This document shows, piece by piece, positions 1 through 13,400 of a stretch of DNA of 64,000 nt. The stretch is taken from positions 65,286,001-65,350,000 of the forward strand of contig NC_043000.1 of NCBI RefSeq assembly GCF_006345805.1. The letters run 5' to 3'. Below the pieces are notes generated by a model. It saw only the letters and a list, made by a program, of their open reading frames with translations, did not search any database and was not told the DNA's origin. Position numbers and translations under genes: made by a program. This DNA is from Octopus sinensis. Its lineage: Eukaryota. Every line of letters begins with the position of its first letter. The stretch's first letter is position 1.

Positions 1-1897
1 GAAGATATTAATAAATAACACAGCAGAAAAAACTAGCAGTGAACATGACATCATTGTAAGGGAGTTGGTAGAAAGTAAAAATTGTTTTTTCAGTAAGCAA
101 ATTGTACTAAAAAGGAGAAGAGGGATATCTAGCAAGCTGTCAAAGAACTGGAACCCAAAGTACTGAAATATAAAGAAGCAATGTCAGACATGAAATGACA
201 ACTACAGTCTAGTAAGAAGTTATAAGTTCTGCAACCTAGACAATCTAAGAGCCTGAATAGTATCAGAATTGAAGAAGCATAGAGAGTTATTTCCTCTGCA
301 AGTAATAAGCAGTTTAGATAAACACTGTAATTCTATAGGACAGGGAAGAGAAAAATGAACTGAAAATACAATGTCAATTTATGTAAAAGATTGAGCTCAA
401 ATTAGTTGAAGTAGTTGTTGTTTGGCTTCAGGCCAGTTCTGATCAAACACATCTAATCAACGTAGCATTCCAGTCATGACCACCCACTTTTCCCCGTCAA
501 ATACAGTAATTATCTAGGACCCCATTATATCAATGTGTCCAATTTTTAATGAAATAGGGTGAAATTTGAAGAAAATTTGGCTGCTGTTCATAGCAGGTCA
601 AAACAAATACCATAAAGTCTCCATCATTGACCTGTGAGGAAGTAGTGAGGCATCAGAGCTGACAGCTGGTGTTTTTAGAAGGCGAAATTGCGCTGGTATG
701 GATATGTAAAGCAGAATGATGATGTAAGTTGACTGAAGAAGAGAGCATACTTTATAAAGTGGTTGGCATTAGGAAGGGCATCCAGCTGTAGAAACCAGGC
801 CAAATCAAACTGGAACTTGGTGCAGCTCTCCTGTTTGCCAGCTCCAGTCAAACCATCCAACTCATGCCAGCATGGAAAATGGACGTTAAATGATGATGAT
901 ATTTGACTAAAATGATCAGAGACACATTATGTTACCTACACTGATTCAACTCAGCTGGCAAGCAAAATATAGCTCCTAAAATTATGATACTACTGATGAT
1001 GATGGTGGTGGTGGTTGTGGTGCCAAAAAGAAAGTACTTTTAAGTCAAAAAAGAATTAAGGCAAGACAATATTTTTATAGAAACTTATTTTCCAATATTT
1101 TTAATTCATAGAAAAATTGTTAAAAAAAATACAAAAAAAAAAGAATTAGAAAAAATAATACCTTTCAAAAAAAGTGTGCACATTTGGAATAAAATAAATA
1201 TAATCAATAAAATGTTTGCAATATGAAATCAATTATATATTAATTTGTCAGGCTCATAGAAATGTTTGTAAATAGAGCTGAAAGAATAGTAATAAACTTC
1301 CAATGACATGGAGTGCCAGAGAAGATGAAATATTTTACTCTTAGAGTGAATAGTTTAGATAGAAAGCAGTAATTGCTTCTATTAATAATTTCATTGTCCC
1401 AAAGAACAAAATGCAGGAAAATGGCTGCATTCAATCAGCAGAATGCATCTTATCAATTTATAGAGAGAAATTAGGACTAGAAAGACCAGGTAAATTGCTT
1501 TTTTCTGAATTACTCATTCTTTGGGAGGGTCCGCTCCTTTCAGAAGACAATGTGCCATCTGCAAAAGTAGGAAATCAAATTAGTAAACACAAATCTGTTT
1601 CAGAAAAAATGTACTTTAGCCAAACTTAAAAGGATGAAATATAACATATTTCATTAAAAGCTAACATACAACAATACATACATAAACCAGTAAGCAAGCC
1701 TTCAATATGGTTGCACAACATGCTAGATATAGCAACCATATCTTGTTCAAATGATATAGTTTTTAAAATGGAAAAAGAAAGTTTAATAATGAAGTCTTAG
1801 GTACTGTTAATAAGACAGGATGGTTATGGTTGAAACATCTTTCATCATAAATTTACTCAAACAAGGCTGACCTTGGACTAAACAACAACATATAATA

Positions 1898-2154
1898 CAG
1901 TGGTTCTCAACCAGGGTCCAATAAGATCGTTGGGGGTCCACATAAGAATTTCTTATTGAAATTTATGGGCAATAAATTACTTATACTTCTACAATACAGA
2001 AAATCTTTAAAGTCATTTTTATACACTGCCTAATATTCAATTATAAAAATATAGCAGGATTTTCTTTTATATACATCAAATGGTAATGGAGATCAAGGAG
2101 AGTAAAATAGGAATCAAAGGTATCCATAGGCAAAAAAATGATTAAGAACCACTG
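1898..2154. mobile_element. hAT-like MITE (CAGTGGTTCTCAACC ends); related copies at about 31615-31847, 41760-41836 and 45520-45675
   Basis: Terminal inverted repeats cagtggttctcaacc / gattaagaaccactg; shared internal sequence between copies; 8-bp TSD not recognisable. Confidence 0.7.
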
Positions 2155-3006
2155 GTTTAGATCAATGTTTGAAATAGCATGTGATGGTGCCCCTACAACT
2201 TCATTGGAAGTTGAGTTGAAGGTGAAGGAACATTCATACAACAAACAACATAAAGTTAGCATTGTGCATCTAATGCGTAAAGATTATGAAGGTATGAGAT
2301 GTTTTGGAACAGGCCTTTTGGTGTTACTGATTGAACACTGACTAATTAGACATCAGGGCATCAGTTTATTTCCAAGATCTTTTGTCACTGTGAAAAGCTT
2401 GTTCCAATTTTAGTTGACAAATTCCTAATCACAACTACTAGACAACTCAACTATTAAACTTCATTTAACTTTCTGCTTTACTCTATGCATATGATGGCTA
2501 GTAAAATATTGATGAAATGTGGAAACTAAGAGTAAATTTAAATTTTGATGCTGTGAGCAGAAAAATCAGAGAGAGAGAGAGAGAGAGAGAAGCAACAATA
2601 AATTACTGATGGCTACAAACACATCTCTCTCTCTCTCTCACACACATACATTTGTAACTGTCAGAATCATTTAAATACTTTTAATGTTTCTCTGTGCATG
2701 TGTGTGAGCATATTTCTTTCTAAGGAGAAAGGAAAGTGTTTATGTCAGTCGGTTTCAATTAATAAATTGTAATGTTTCTCTCTATGATTACATTTCTCTC
2801 CAGAGCCAAAACAGCAAAACAAGTTCAATGTCCAGTCAGCCATGCTAAATCAACAGTGTCCATACAGCTGAGCCCTTTAATCTCATCCCCACATTATGAC
2901 CATATTTTAATTTTATTTGTAATGCTCAAAAGAAAGGCATGGATTTTATATCTAATCACTAAAAATAACACTTTCAAATTATCAAGTAGCTATCAACAAA
3001 TACATA

Positions 3007-3226
3007 CAGTAATTCCTCAACTATCACGGGTGTTATGTTTCAAAACCCACCCCGCGATAAGTGAAAATCCATGAAGTAGAAACTGTGCTGTATACTTTTA
3101 ATTATTATTTTTATGACTTGTATATATTTATTTTATTATAAATGCAAAACAACACCACAGAGGAATCAACATAAGCTTAAATAAGAAACTGCGATAGGTG
3201 AACTGTAATATAGCAAGGAATTACTG
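3007..3226. mobile_element. pogo/Tigger-like MITE; related copy 14542-14767
   Basis: TA-flanked, TIR cagtaattcct / aggaattactg. Confidence 0.8.
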
Positions 3227-4021
3227 TACTTAGTTTCACTATTTCGTCTGCATCTGAAATATACAGTTCCTTTCTCATAAGGACAAACCAAAAATTTTCC
3301 ATGAATATATATTGATATTATGTTCTTCAACAAATTAATTCGCCTACTGAAAATTATTTTCAGCAGTTACATTTATTAAAAATATCAAAATGCCATTATT
3401 ATGACATTATTTGTAGGAGTGGGAAGTGACAAGTGACTGAGATTTTTGGTGATTTGCTGTCCTTGAGAAAACACATCTGGCTAAGTGAAATCATAGTTGT
3501 AGCCAGTGCAGGTGACATGTGAAAGGCATCTATGCCGGTAACACATAGAAGGCACACATGCTGGTGAAATGTGAAAGGTACCTAGTACACTCAGAGAGAG
3601 TGGTTGGTGTTAGGAATGGCATCCAGCTGTAGAAACTAAGCCAAAACAGACTGGAGCCTGGTGCAGCTCTCCAACTTAGCACCTCCAGTCAAACCATCTA
3701 ATCCATGCTAACATGGAAAATGGATGCTAAATGACAATGACAGTGATGATTTATGTATGGTTACTACTAATATCTTGAGAAATACAAGCGTCAAAGAGAA
3801 CAATGTACACCAACTATTAATGGTAATGAATTAATATAACTAGAATACAGCAAATTCTAGTTATTGAAGAACAACAGTACTGCACCTGAACAACAATATA
3901 AATAAACAACCGATTATATAAGTAGTATATAATGATTTTGTACACAGGTACAAGACCAGAAATTTGTTGGAGGAGTTTGTTGATTAGATCAACCCCAGTA
4001 CTTGACTAGTAGTTTATTTGA

Positions 4022-4240
4022 TTAACTCCTTAGCATTAAACTGGTTATGTCAAGCTCAAATATTCTACCTGTTTTATGTTCAAACTGGCTAGATCCAGCC
4101 TCTCACACCTACCCTACAATATCCTCCTACAAATAAACAATCACATCATCGAAATTTCACAGCTACAGAATAATTAATTTAAAACAATGTAAATAAATAA
4201 GCATTACATTTGACAAAATAACTTGAATGCTAAAGAGTTA
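4022..4240. mobile_element. TTAA-bounded piggyBac-like MITE nested in a SINE; related copies about 14980-15170, 35300-35520, 46420-46580, 56022-56240
   Basis: Ends ttaactccttagcatt / aatgctaaagagttaa; copies share internal sequence. Confidence 0.7.
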
Positions 4241-4360
4241 ATCACAGAAGGATGAAAGGCAAAATTGTTCACAGTAGAGTTTGAACCCAGAATGTAATGA
4301 GTTGGAATAAATAAAGCAAGGCATTTTATCCAGGTCTCTAACAATTCAGTCAATCTACTG

Positions 4361-4399
<39 letters not shown>

Positions 4400-4461
4400 T
4401 AATATATAACAACAACACAAGTTAAACACTCACATTCCACAAGATGACAATGGCTTACGGA

Positions 4462-4487
4462 CTAATGGAAAGATTGAAGGTAACCGT
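4462..4487 (-). CDS. TUBGCP2: Probable last coding exon (DGYLQSFH-stop)
   Basis: cattttag acceptor in the needed phase, TAG at 4462-4464, followed 3 nt later by a gtaagc donor; no homology support. Confidence 0.5.
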
Positions 4488-7400
4488 CTAAAATGTTAGA
4501 CTTTTCATTCCTCACAGATATCAAATTTAACATTCTGCTAAGAAATACTGACAAATCTATATTGTAGTTATTCATTTACACAAACATTAATCAGAAAATA
4601 TGAAAACATTTGAAACGAAAACACTGATTCAAAATTTTGTCAAATGTTTGCTTAAAGTCATGCAGCTGTTATGGTATTTAATTCTCGTGTTCTACAATAA
4701 TCTAAGCACATAGTGAAGCAGCAGAATTTGAGAGTGTCTGCATTGGCAAATGTTTAATACAAATATACAAGAGAATCATTACTAGAAATGGCACCACAAC
4801 AATGGCAGTCACATCACACAAAAAATGTGTGCCATCTTATACCTGTGTATATGTCAGTTGTTTTAATTACAAACACGTCAATTGTTATTTATTATCACCT
4901 ATGAACGATAGTATTATTATTTCCATGGATTACAATTATTTTTTGATAGCCAATTGATTATATGAACAGAAATAATAATTACCTGCACTTAATAACTTCC
5001 CAAACGATGAGCAGTTTTTTGCATAAAAGCCATTAAAGTCAAGCCTAGAAAAGAAGAATATACACATCTGATAGAAACAGTAAAATACATGCGCTGCTGT
5101 GTGTTGTTATTATTTTTATTTACAACAACATTATAAAGGAGATATACAAGAGAAGAGAATAAAGGTGAGCTGAAAAGTTCATAGGCTGACTATGAAAAAG
5201 TGATGCAAGAGATGTGAAAGCTTGCATGCATTAATTTCAGCTGTTCTTATTAATAACTGCATTGTTTCTTTCCAAGTAAACTGATATCTGATTGTTCAAA
5301 GAAGACTTCAAAAGTAACTAGAAATAATTTCTCTTGAAAAAGGTTTAAAATTTGACATTGTGATGCTATCAAGTACTACAGAAAAAAGGTTTAACCCCCC
5401 AACAACATTCATGTTGACATGCTTACTACATTAGAGGATGACACTCCAGCTTTGTCAACAGTGCAGAAGTGGGTAGCTGAATTCAGGAGGGGAAGGGAGA
5501 GCGAAGATGACTCAAGGTCTGGACATCCTGCAACTGCTAACACCAAGGATAACTGTGTTCAGCACATGGTGAAGGATGACAGGCAACTGACCATAAATCA
5601 AATAGCCAATGCTATCAGCAAACCCTATGAGAGACTTGAGACTATTCTGCACAATGAACTCAGTATAATGAAGGTTTCTGCTTGCTGGGTGCCATGTTTT
5701 CTGACACTTGATTAAAAGTGCACCAGGCTGATCACATCACAGTAAAATTTGACATCGCTTGATACAGATCCAGATGGTTTCTTTGAATGTTTACTTTGGT
5801 TTATTACTTTGAGCCAGAAACAATCTATGCAGTGGAGACACCCCCTCCTCACCTGCTCCAAAGAAAGCCAAGGTAGTTTCATCTGCAGGGAAGGTGATAG
5901 CCTCAGTTATTTATTTATTTTTTTTTTATGCAAAAGGCATTGTGTTTATTAACTATCTTCAAAAGGGCCACACCATCTTTGGCCCCATCTGACTATCATC
6001 TATTCCCCAACATGAGAAAGCACTTGGCTGGGAACCAGTATTGCAATGATGACATCATATCTGTTGTTGATGACTTTTTTGACCAACAGAATGAAAGCTT
6101 CTTCACCAATAGGATACAAGAAATGCAACACTGATGGATGAAGTGTGTGGATTGCCAGAGGGACTACATTGAAAAATAAAGCTCATTCGGTCACATTCCA
6201 TGAGAGTATCTTGGTCAGCCTATGAACTTTTCAGTTAACTCTTGTAAGTGCTGAAAAATAAACTTGTTGAATCAAGTAGCTAAGATGTAGTTTCATTTTT
6301 AGCAAGATATGGAACTACAAATGCAATATTTCAAGTAAAACTACTAAGAAAATAGAGATAAAATATTTTGCAATTTAAACTTTAACTTAAAAAGCAAATT
6401 TTGCTTCCTAAAAATTTTAAAACAAAATTGTATGATCATTAAAAAGTTACCAGATTTCCTTTTTAAAGACTATTCATTTACTACAATTATCATTGTCTTA
6501 ATGTGCTTAGAAACTATGGTGAATAGTTATCAAAATCAAATAGAGTTATAAACTAAGCCTACAAGTTCTTGAAAAAGTAGCTAAGTAAACAGCAAACAAT
6601 ACAAAAAGAAAATATAATTACAAAATAGTACAGACCTGCAAAGTAGTGCTTGTTCACCATTACCATGGATCATATAAGCCATTTTTTCTAATAATTCCAT
6701 GAGCAACTTGTTGAAGTTACTTTCAAACATTGATATCACAGTGCCAAGGTGTTCAGTTGATTCATCAGTCATAGCTTCAGCAACAACCTAATGAGTAAAA
6801 GGATAAAAAAAAATAAAAACAAACATAATATTGTTGCAACTAATATCAAACTTTTGTCAAATGTTTGCTTCAAGTAATATGGTATTCTAGCATTCTTCAG
6901 TAGTACAAGAAAAACATAGTGAATCAGAATCTAAGAGATCTTGAGAATGTCTACATTGGCAAATAATATAAACAAAAAGTTTATGGAATGGAATAAGAAC
7001 AGTACATCCCAGAACAGTATGATCATTATATCAATGACCACAAGAATAAGATCATTTGCTATGGATACACACCTACTTCATTTTGTACACAAACCCGTCC
7101 TACTTAAGAAGACCCGGTCTCCACAGCAGAAGTGCTCAGGCCACTCTCCCAGTGAAAAGGATTGGCCTGCAAGAGAGTCCTGTGTCAGTGCCACATTACA
7201 AGTACCCAGCACACACTGTAAAGCAATTGGTGTTAGGACAGGCATCCAGCTGTAGAAACCAAGCCAAACTTGACTGCAACCTGGTGCAGCTCTCTGGCTT
7301 GCCATCTCAGGTCAAACAATCCAACCCAAACCAGCATGGAAAACAGACATTAAATGTTGATTGATGATCTAGAATTCAATAAACTATCATTCACAAGTAT

Positions 7401-10400
7401 CACTTAATTTTTTTCGACCCTCAAACTGCACCGATCTTCCACAATCTGTCCCTCTTCTCTTTCAAAAGAACTTGTTCAAACTTTTAATTTGAAGCTCCTT
7501 TCCACCTTAAGACACACTTTTAAATGTCTCTGTTCCACAAGCTACACTTGTCCTGCCATCTACAATAGTACTATCTGAACCAACTTTAACACTAAATCTC
7601 AAATCACCAATCATTTTGACTGCAGATCTGCTAAACTAATTTATGGCACCACTTCCAGCCAATGAAGAAAAATCTCCATGTGCATGCTTGATCTGCTGGA
7701 AATAGCAGCCAAAGGACACATTAGATAATATAGTCTTATGTATACAAGAACACTGGACAGTCATGGTTAGAATGCTTTTACTGTCATTTGCTCAATCAGG
7801 GCTGATTTGATGCAGAACAACAACTGCATCATTTGTAAACTCTATAAATCTCTAATACATAAGAGAAACCAGCTGCCATCTAGACAATCACTTCTGTGCA
7901 AACACTTTTTCAATGCTTGAAATAATACACAAGCACTTTCCAAACCAGAAGCTCTTTCTGTGGAATCACCTTGCACTTCAACTCTTGTGGCACTCACAAA
8001 ACACAAGGGAACAAACAAACCTCATTTTTACTTTAGACATCTCCACACTCATAGATATTAATGGATACCTCTTATTCTATTTGACTTGGACACATAGGAA
8101 AAGTTCAACAAATTAGTTGTCACAGTGTATAATTATTTGCATGACTGTAAACAATATTACCAAACTCTGAAAAATTATATTACTGCCTTCTTTGACATTA
8201 TTCCTACCCTATTGCTTTTTCTTTCATCCTCCTCTTTCACTTGTTCTTCACTCAGTTCATTTCTCCCATCCTAATTCTTCACTCATTGACCATCTTTTTC
8301 ATTTAACACTGACACTACTTGTTTCTCCTCTCCTAATTGTGGAAGGAATGTGCAGAAGGGGTAGACCCAGGAAGATGTGGCATAAAGTGGTGAGAAAGAA
8401 TCTTCAGATGTTGAGTCTTACAGATGAGGTGACAAGGGACTAAGACTTCTTGCCATTTGTTGTGCTTGTGAAGACCAGGTTGTCCTGGCAAATAGGCATG
8501 TCCCCAACATCCCTTTTCAGCTGAGTGATCCTAATCTACAAGGCTTGTGGGTGCTGTTACCACATAAATAGCACCCATGCCAGTGCCGATGCTGCATCAA
8601 AGCATCCAGTACACTCAGTAAAGTGGTTGGCATTAGGAAGGGCACCCAGCCATAGAAACCCTACCAAAACAGACATGGAGTCCAGGCAGCTCTTCAGTTG
8701 GCCAGCTCCTATCAAACTGTCCAACCCATGCCAGAATAGATAACAGACATGAAATGATGATGAAGATGATAGTGATGATGATGAATTTATAATTTCACTT
8801 TCTATAATAACAGCAGCAACCAATTATTTATCTCCCACTCTCATGCTTCAGTACATATACAATTCCCTATGTTATTTGGCATTAGTTGTAGTAATTGCTC
8901 ACTCCAAAGTTCAAAATATCAGATTTCTCCTCTTTCTAGCAGCATGCTAACTTAATTCCACTTTCTAACAAACAATCTTCTAAGAATAATGGACAATATT
9001 AAAAAGAAAAGGAAACACAATTACCTTTTTAGAAATTTGCTTCTTTTTCGGATCCTCCGGGCTGGTAGCTTGCAAGGAATTAGTCAGAGTCAACCAACTT
9101 CTTTCAGGAAGACCTTCTAAAGATTCGTTAAATCGCTAAATTTCAAAGTAAAATTGAAGAGCAAATTAATGATAATAAAATAAAACAAGATTACCACCCA
9201 CATTGTTTAACATTATAACAGTGTATTTGAATCAAGTCAGTCCTCAGTATGCCACTGGTGTATCACAATGGGTATCTAAGTGTACTGTGATTTTTAAAAA
9301 AATATAATTTAAAACTTCAGAAAACTCATACTAATACTTGGGTATCTTGAAAAGGTAGTATTTATAATTTTGTTATTCACATGTATTTTCTTTTATCTTT
9401 TACTAGTTTCAGTCATTTGATTGCAGAATTGATTATTATTGACAACCTGACCAGCTGTAAAGAGATCAACAAAAATTTTTTCTTCTTTTTCTCCCTTTCT
9501 TCCTTTCCTTCTTATTCTTTAACACTTCATTCAGATACAAAAACACATACACACACATGCTCTCTCTCACTTTCTCCTCATTCATCACCCTCTTGTACTA
9601 TCTTATATCTCTCCCCACCACTACACACTCAATAATACTATAAAAAGAGTCAAAATTCCTGCAAAAACTTAATTCAATTTGAAGACTCCATTAGAATGGA
9701 GGAAAATTGTGAAGCCAGGATCTCTACAGGCCTTTAAGGGTTGGTGAAATTAATTTGGGGTGATGTTCATTTCAAATAAAAACAAGCTGACAACAGGAAA
9801 AACACAGGTAGGGAGAGAATTTTTAATGAATTGATGATGATGATGTGGAATTAGGAAAAGTAGTTAGTTGTGAGGCCTGGAATGATGGAACACAATCTGG
9901 GTGGCTACAAGAAGGTAAAATGTGTGTGATGGGTGGGGGTTGAGTAGAGATGGTAAGCAAAAAGCTAATGCCAGGGAAAAGAGGCCATTCCAAAACTGAC
10001 AGAGTAAAAAGACAGCACATCTGTGGAGTGAAAGTTGAGTAGGTGAGTGACCTCCATTCCCATCAATTGGATGGCTTTTTGGAAGATGTAGCCCAAGATG
10101 TTCTGTGTGCAGAACAGAATCATTTCATTTCAACCTACTAATTAGTTATGATTTCACTCCAGGCTGACCTTGAGAAAGACAACCTTATTATCAAAGGCTG
10201 TCCATCCTTTCCAGCCATGACTATCCCATTTACTTTTTCAGACATATTGTATGAATGCATTCACCTTCCTACTTTTTTTTTTTTAAGAGCGCAGAATATG
10301 ATTTCAAAGAGATTCACTTTTTATTTCTCACAGGTTGAAGCTCCCTGCTTGGCTCAAACCATCAATTCATTTACTGGTGTGGTGAGATCAGCCTGTCACC

Positions 10401-13400
10401 AGGCGATATGGAGGTGGAATAGTGTAACAGGGAAAACTAATGTAGATGAGCTGTGTGTTGGAAAACAAGAGGAACTAAAAAAGTTTGTATAGAAAATATA
10501 ACTAGTTTACCAAGTTGAAACATTCATTTTAATCTTCTAGTCAAGAGGGAAGGCAGTGCCCATCAGTTTTTTTTAGGACCTTCAAAGACTGAAGAAGGTA
10601 TCGTAAAACTGAAGTCCTGCATGTAACATTGGTGATGTCAGACCAAGAGATGGATTAAATCTATCAAGTAGGTCATGATGGGATTTGAACTGAGAACACA
10701 AAGAACCAGAATAAACACAAGGCAACCAGTCTGGCTCTCTTACAGTTCTGCCAATCCACTGCTTTGTAGTGAGAATTTTTATCCAAGAAGATGAAAGGTA
10801 AAGTTGATCTCTGTGAGATTTGAATTCAGAACATAGAGAATATACACTGAAGCAGAAAGCAGGTTTTTGGGATGTGAAGAGGTATAAGGTGTGCTTTGTA
10901 TTGGAAAATTGTTTGTATGAAAGTAAGTTGGCAAGTTGCAAGGAGTAATAATAATAATAATTGTGTACAGTGCTCAGGTGCACTACAACTCATCTAAAGT
11001 GTATATATAATCAGGTGTAATTTCGGCGGATTTCGGAAAGCATGAGGGCCTTAAAGGATGCAGTGTCAAATGTATTAAATGTAGAAATACTTGCTTTCAA
11101 TGAATGCAGAAAGAAAGAGTCACAGAAATTTATGGGGGCCACTGAAGAAGTAATATGAATGGAATAATTAATTATGCAAAAATGATGTTACTGATTTGTA
11201 GCAGAAAAAAATTCCAGAAATTTAGTAGGAAGACTGGAAAAAGATTAGTCTCTGCTTGAAATTAATTACCAAACATTTAATTAGCTAACCTGCATCATAT
11301 AGATAAAAAAGCATGAAAAATTTAGAATAAAGAGTTAAAATTCTAGACAAACTTCTTTTAGTTTAGGTAAACGAATTTTAAACATTACATAAAATAGAGA
11401 ATCTTGAATATTTAGTAAAAAAGAGATTTACTTCATTAATATTTTGCAATAATATTGATTTCTACAAGCAGTATATGGTCACAAACAATTGGGGAGTTCA
11501 TAGATTAACTCCACTATTCAACCAGTATATTTTTAAAAATTATTGATTTAGTCTGGAGAAAGGGGCTATGCCTATGCTCTTCAAAGATCCCCTGAGACTG
11601 ACAAGACTAATGCCATCAATGTTCCTTTTGAACCAAGCTGACAGTAAAGGATAAAAGATGGGTAGAGAGAAAAATCCAGAGGACTAACATTGTTGGTAAA
11701 GTGATTTATGTCAAGCTTGAAGAGTTTGGTGGTGGACATACATGGGAACAAGAGGAGAAATGAATGAGTCAAGAGCGCTTGAGTGCAGAACACATAAGAC
11801 CAGCCAACTGCAAGGAGCAGAGACTACAGTAGTAGATGTTGTAAAGGCAGAGATAGAGAGAAAGAGAGAGAGGGAGAGAGGGAGAGAGAAAGCATATCTG
11901 TGAGCCAGAGTTTGAAGTGCATTGGTGAATGATTTAATGAATAGAGTGCCTTTCTTTGGATGTGGGCTAAGATTTCTCTGTGTGCAGCAGCAGTACCATC
12001 CCAAATGTGAGAGAAATGCCTCACTATGGGTCTCACCAGAGGTTTGTAGAAAATAACTGTTGAGGGTGGAAAGAGCAAGGTATTTTCTGATAATGAAGAG
12101 AAAGGCCAGTCTTTGTGATTTTATCACATCTGAAAAGATGAAAAGCAAAATTAACAACAGGATTCACGATTTTGTCTCAGAACAAAAAGATACACAACTT
12201 AATACCAGAAGACATCTTGTTTGGAACTCCACCAATTCTGTGAAACTACTTTTGCAATAAATTTAAAATGAAACAAAAATTGGTTAACTTACTCGAATAC
12301 GATTACAGAATGTGATACAGACTACCATCAACTTGTGGATTATACGCAGTAGGTCAACATTTGTCATCATACCCTCCTTTAAACAATTATGTAAAAAGTC
12401 CCCATGGTGCAAAAGGACATCGTCAATATTTGACACCTAAAACATAATAAAAAAACAAATTAATAATTGGTTTCTTTAAGTGACTGACAGGGGCATCATT
12501 AAAAACATATCAAATATACAGATTACACAGTTAAAATGATTTTTATCCTGGGGGTGGATTGTTATTTGCTTACTCCTAAAACTATGAAAAATGGCTAATA
12601 TTTCCTTCAAACTTTGCTTTTATAATATTCATTCAAAAGAATCTCTCTCAACACATGGCTAAGATGCTCCTGCAACCTCTGTTCATGATCAGAGATGCAC
12701 ATATTGTCAGCCACTAAAGGACATGTTCAACTGGCTACAGCCAAGCAAATGACAAGCAAATCTGTGGTATTAAGCAGAATATATGCTGTAACAATATTTC
12801 TGCTTCAGCAACCAGGTGCTGAATCTCTCTGAAATGTAAAAGAAAATAGGCCAGTTTCAAAACATTGATGTTCAGGTCACAAAAGCGAAGTTTGAAGGGA
12901 ATTGAAGTAATTTCCTTTGATTTCTAGATAGAAGCAAATAGGAAATAACATTTACTGACCAGAAACAAAGAAAAAAATTAAGGTTTTTTTTACACAGTGT
13001 CATCTTACTAGGTTTGCTAAGAACAGTAAATGAAGTCACTCATTTCCTGCCATAATATAAATTACCACTGTCTTAGAAAATGAAAACTTACTTTGAAGCA
13101 AGCAAACAGCAGGAGAAATCTTCACGACAAGAACTCTCATGAAGCCTCTTAGTTCCTGACCCTCTAAGAAGCCAGAGCCCATTTAAGTCAGGACTCCTAA
13201 GTGTCCTCCAGCTGTTTTTCAAATTCTACCTCTTGTGGGGATTGAAAGTGAGATTTTCAGCTGATCTCATTTCCCTGAACTGCAGTCTATATTGCTTGGC
13301 TATGACGACCACAGAAAGAACTTGCATTCTGGATCTATTTAAATCTGGGTTTTCCTCCTACTGTTAATATAAATTACCCTCAATAATTATTCATATCAAT

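Noticed and set aside
1-2500. Short ORFs at the window start as a second gene
   Set aside because: No recognisable protein motif and no consistent splice-phase chain; mostly repeats or possible 3' flank.
2568-2642. (GA)n and (CT)n tracts facing each other
   Set aside because: Simple-repeat inversion expected by chance in such microsatellite-rich DNA.
6788-6812. TATCCTTTTAC just before the exon 27 acceptor, resembling U12 signals
   Set aside because: The matching donor (exon 26) is GTAATT, a U2 type; the motif is explained as a polypyrimidine tract.
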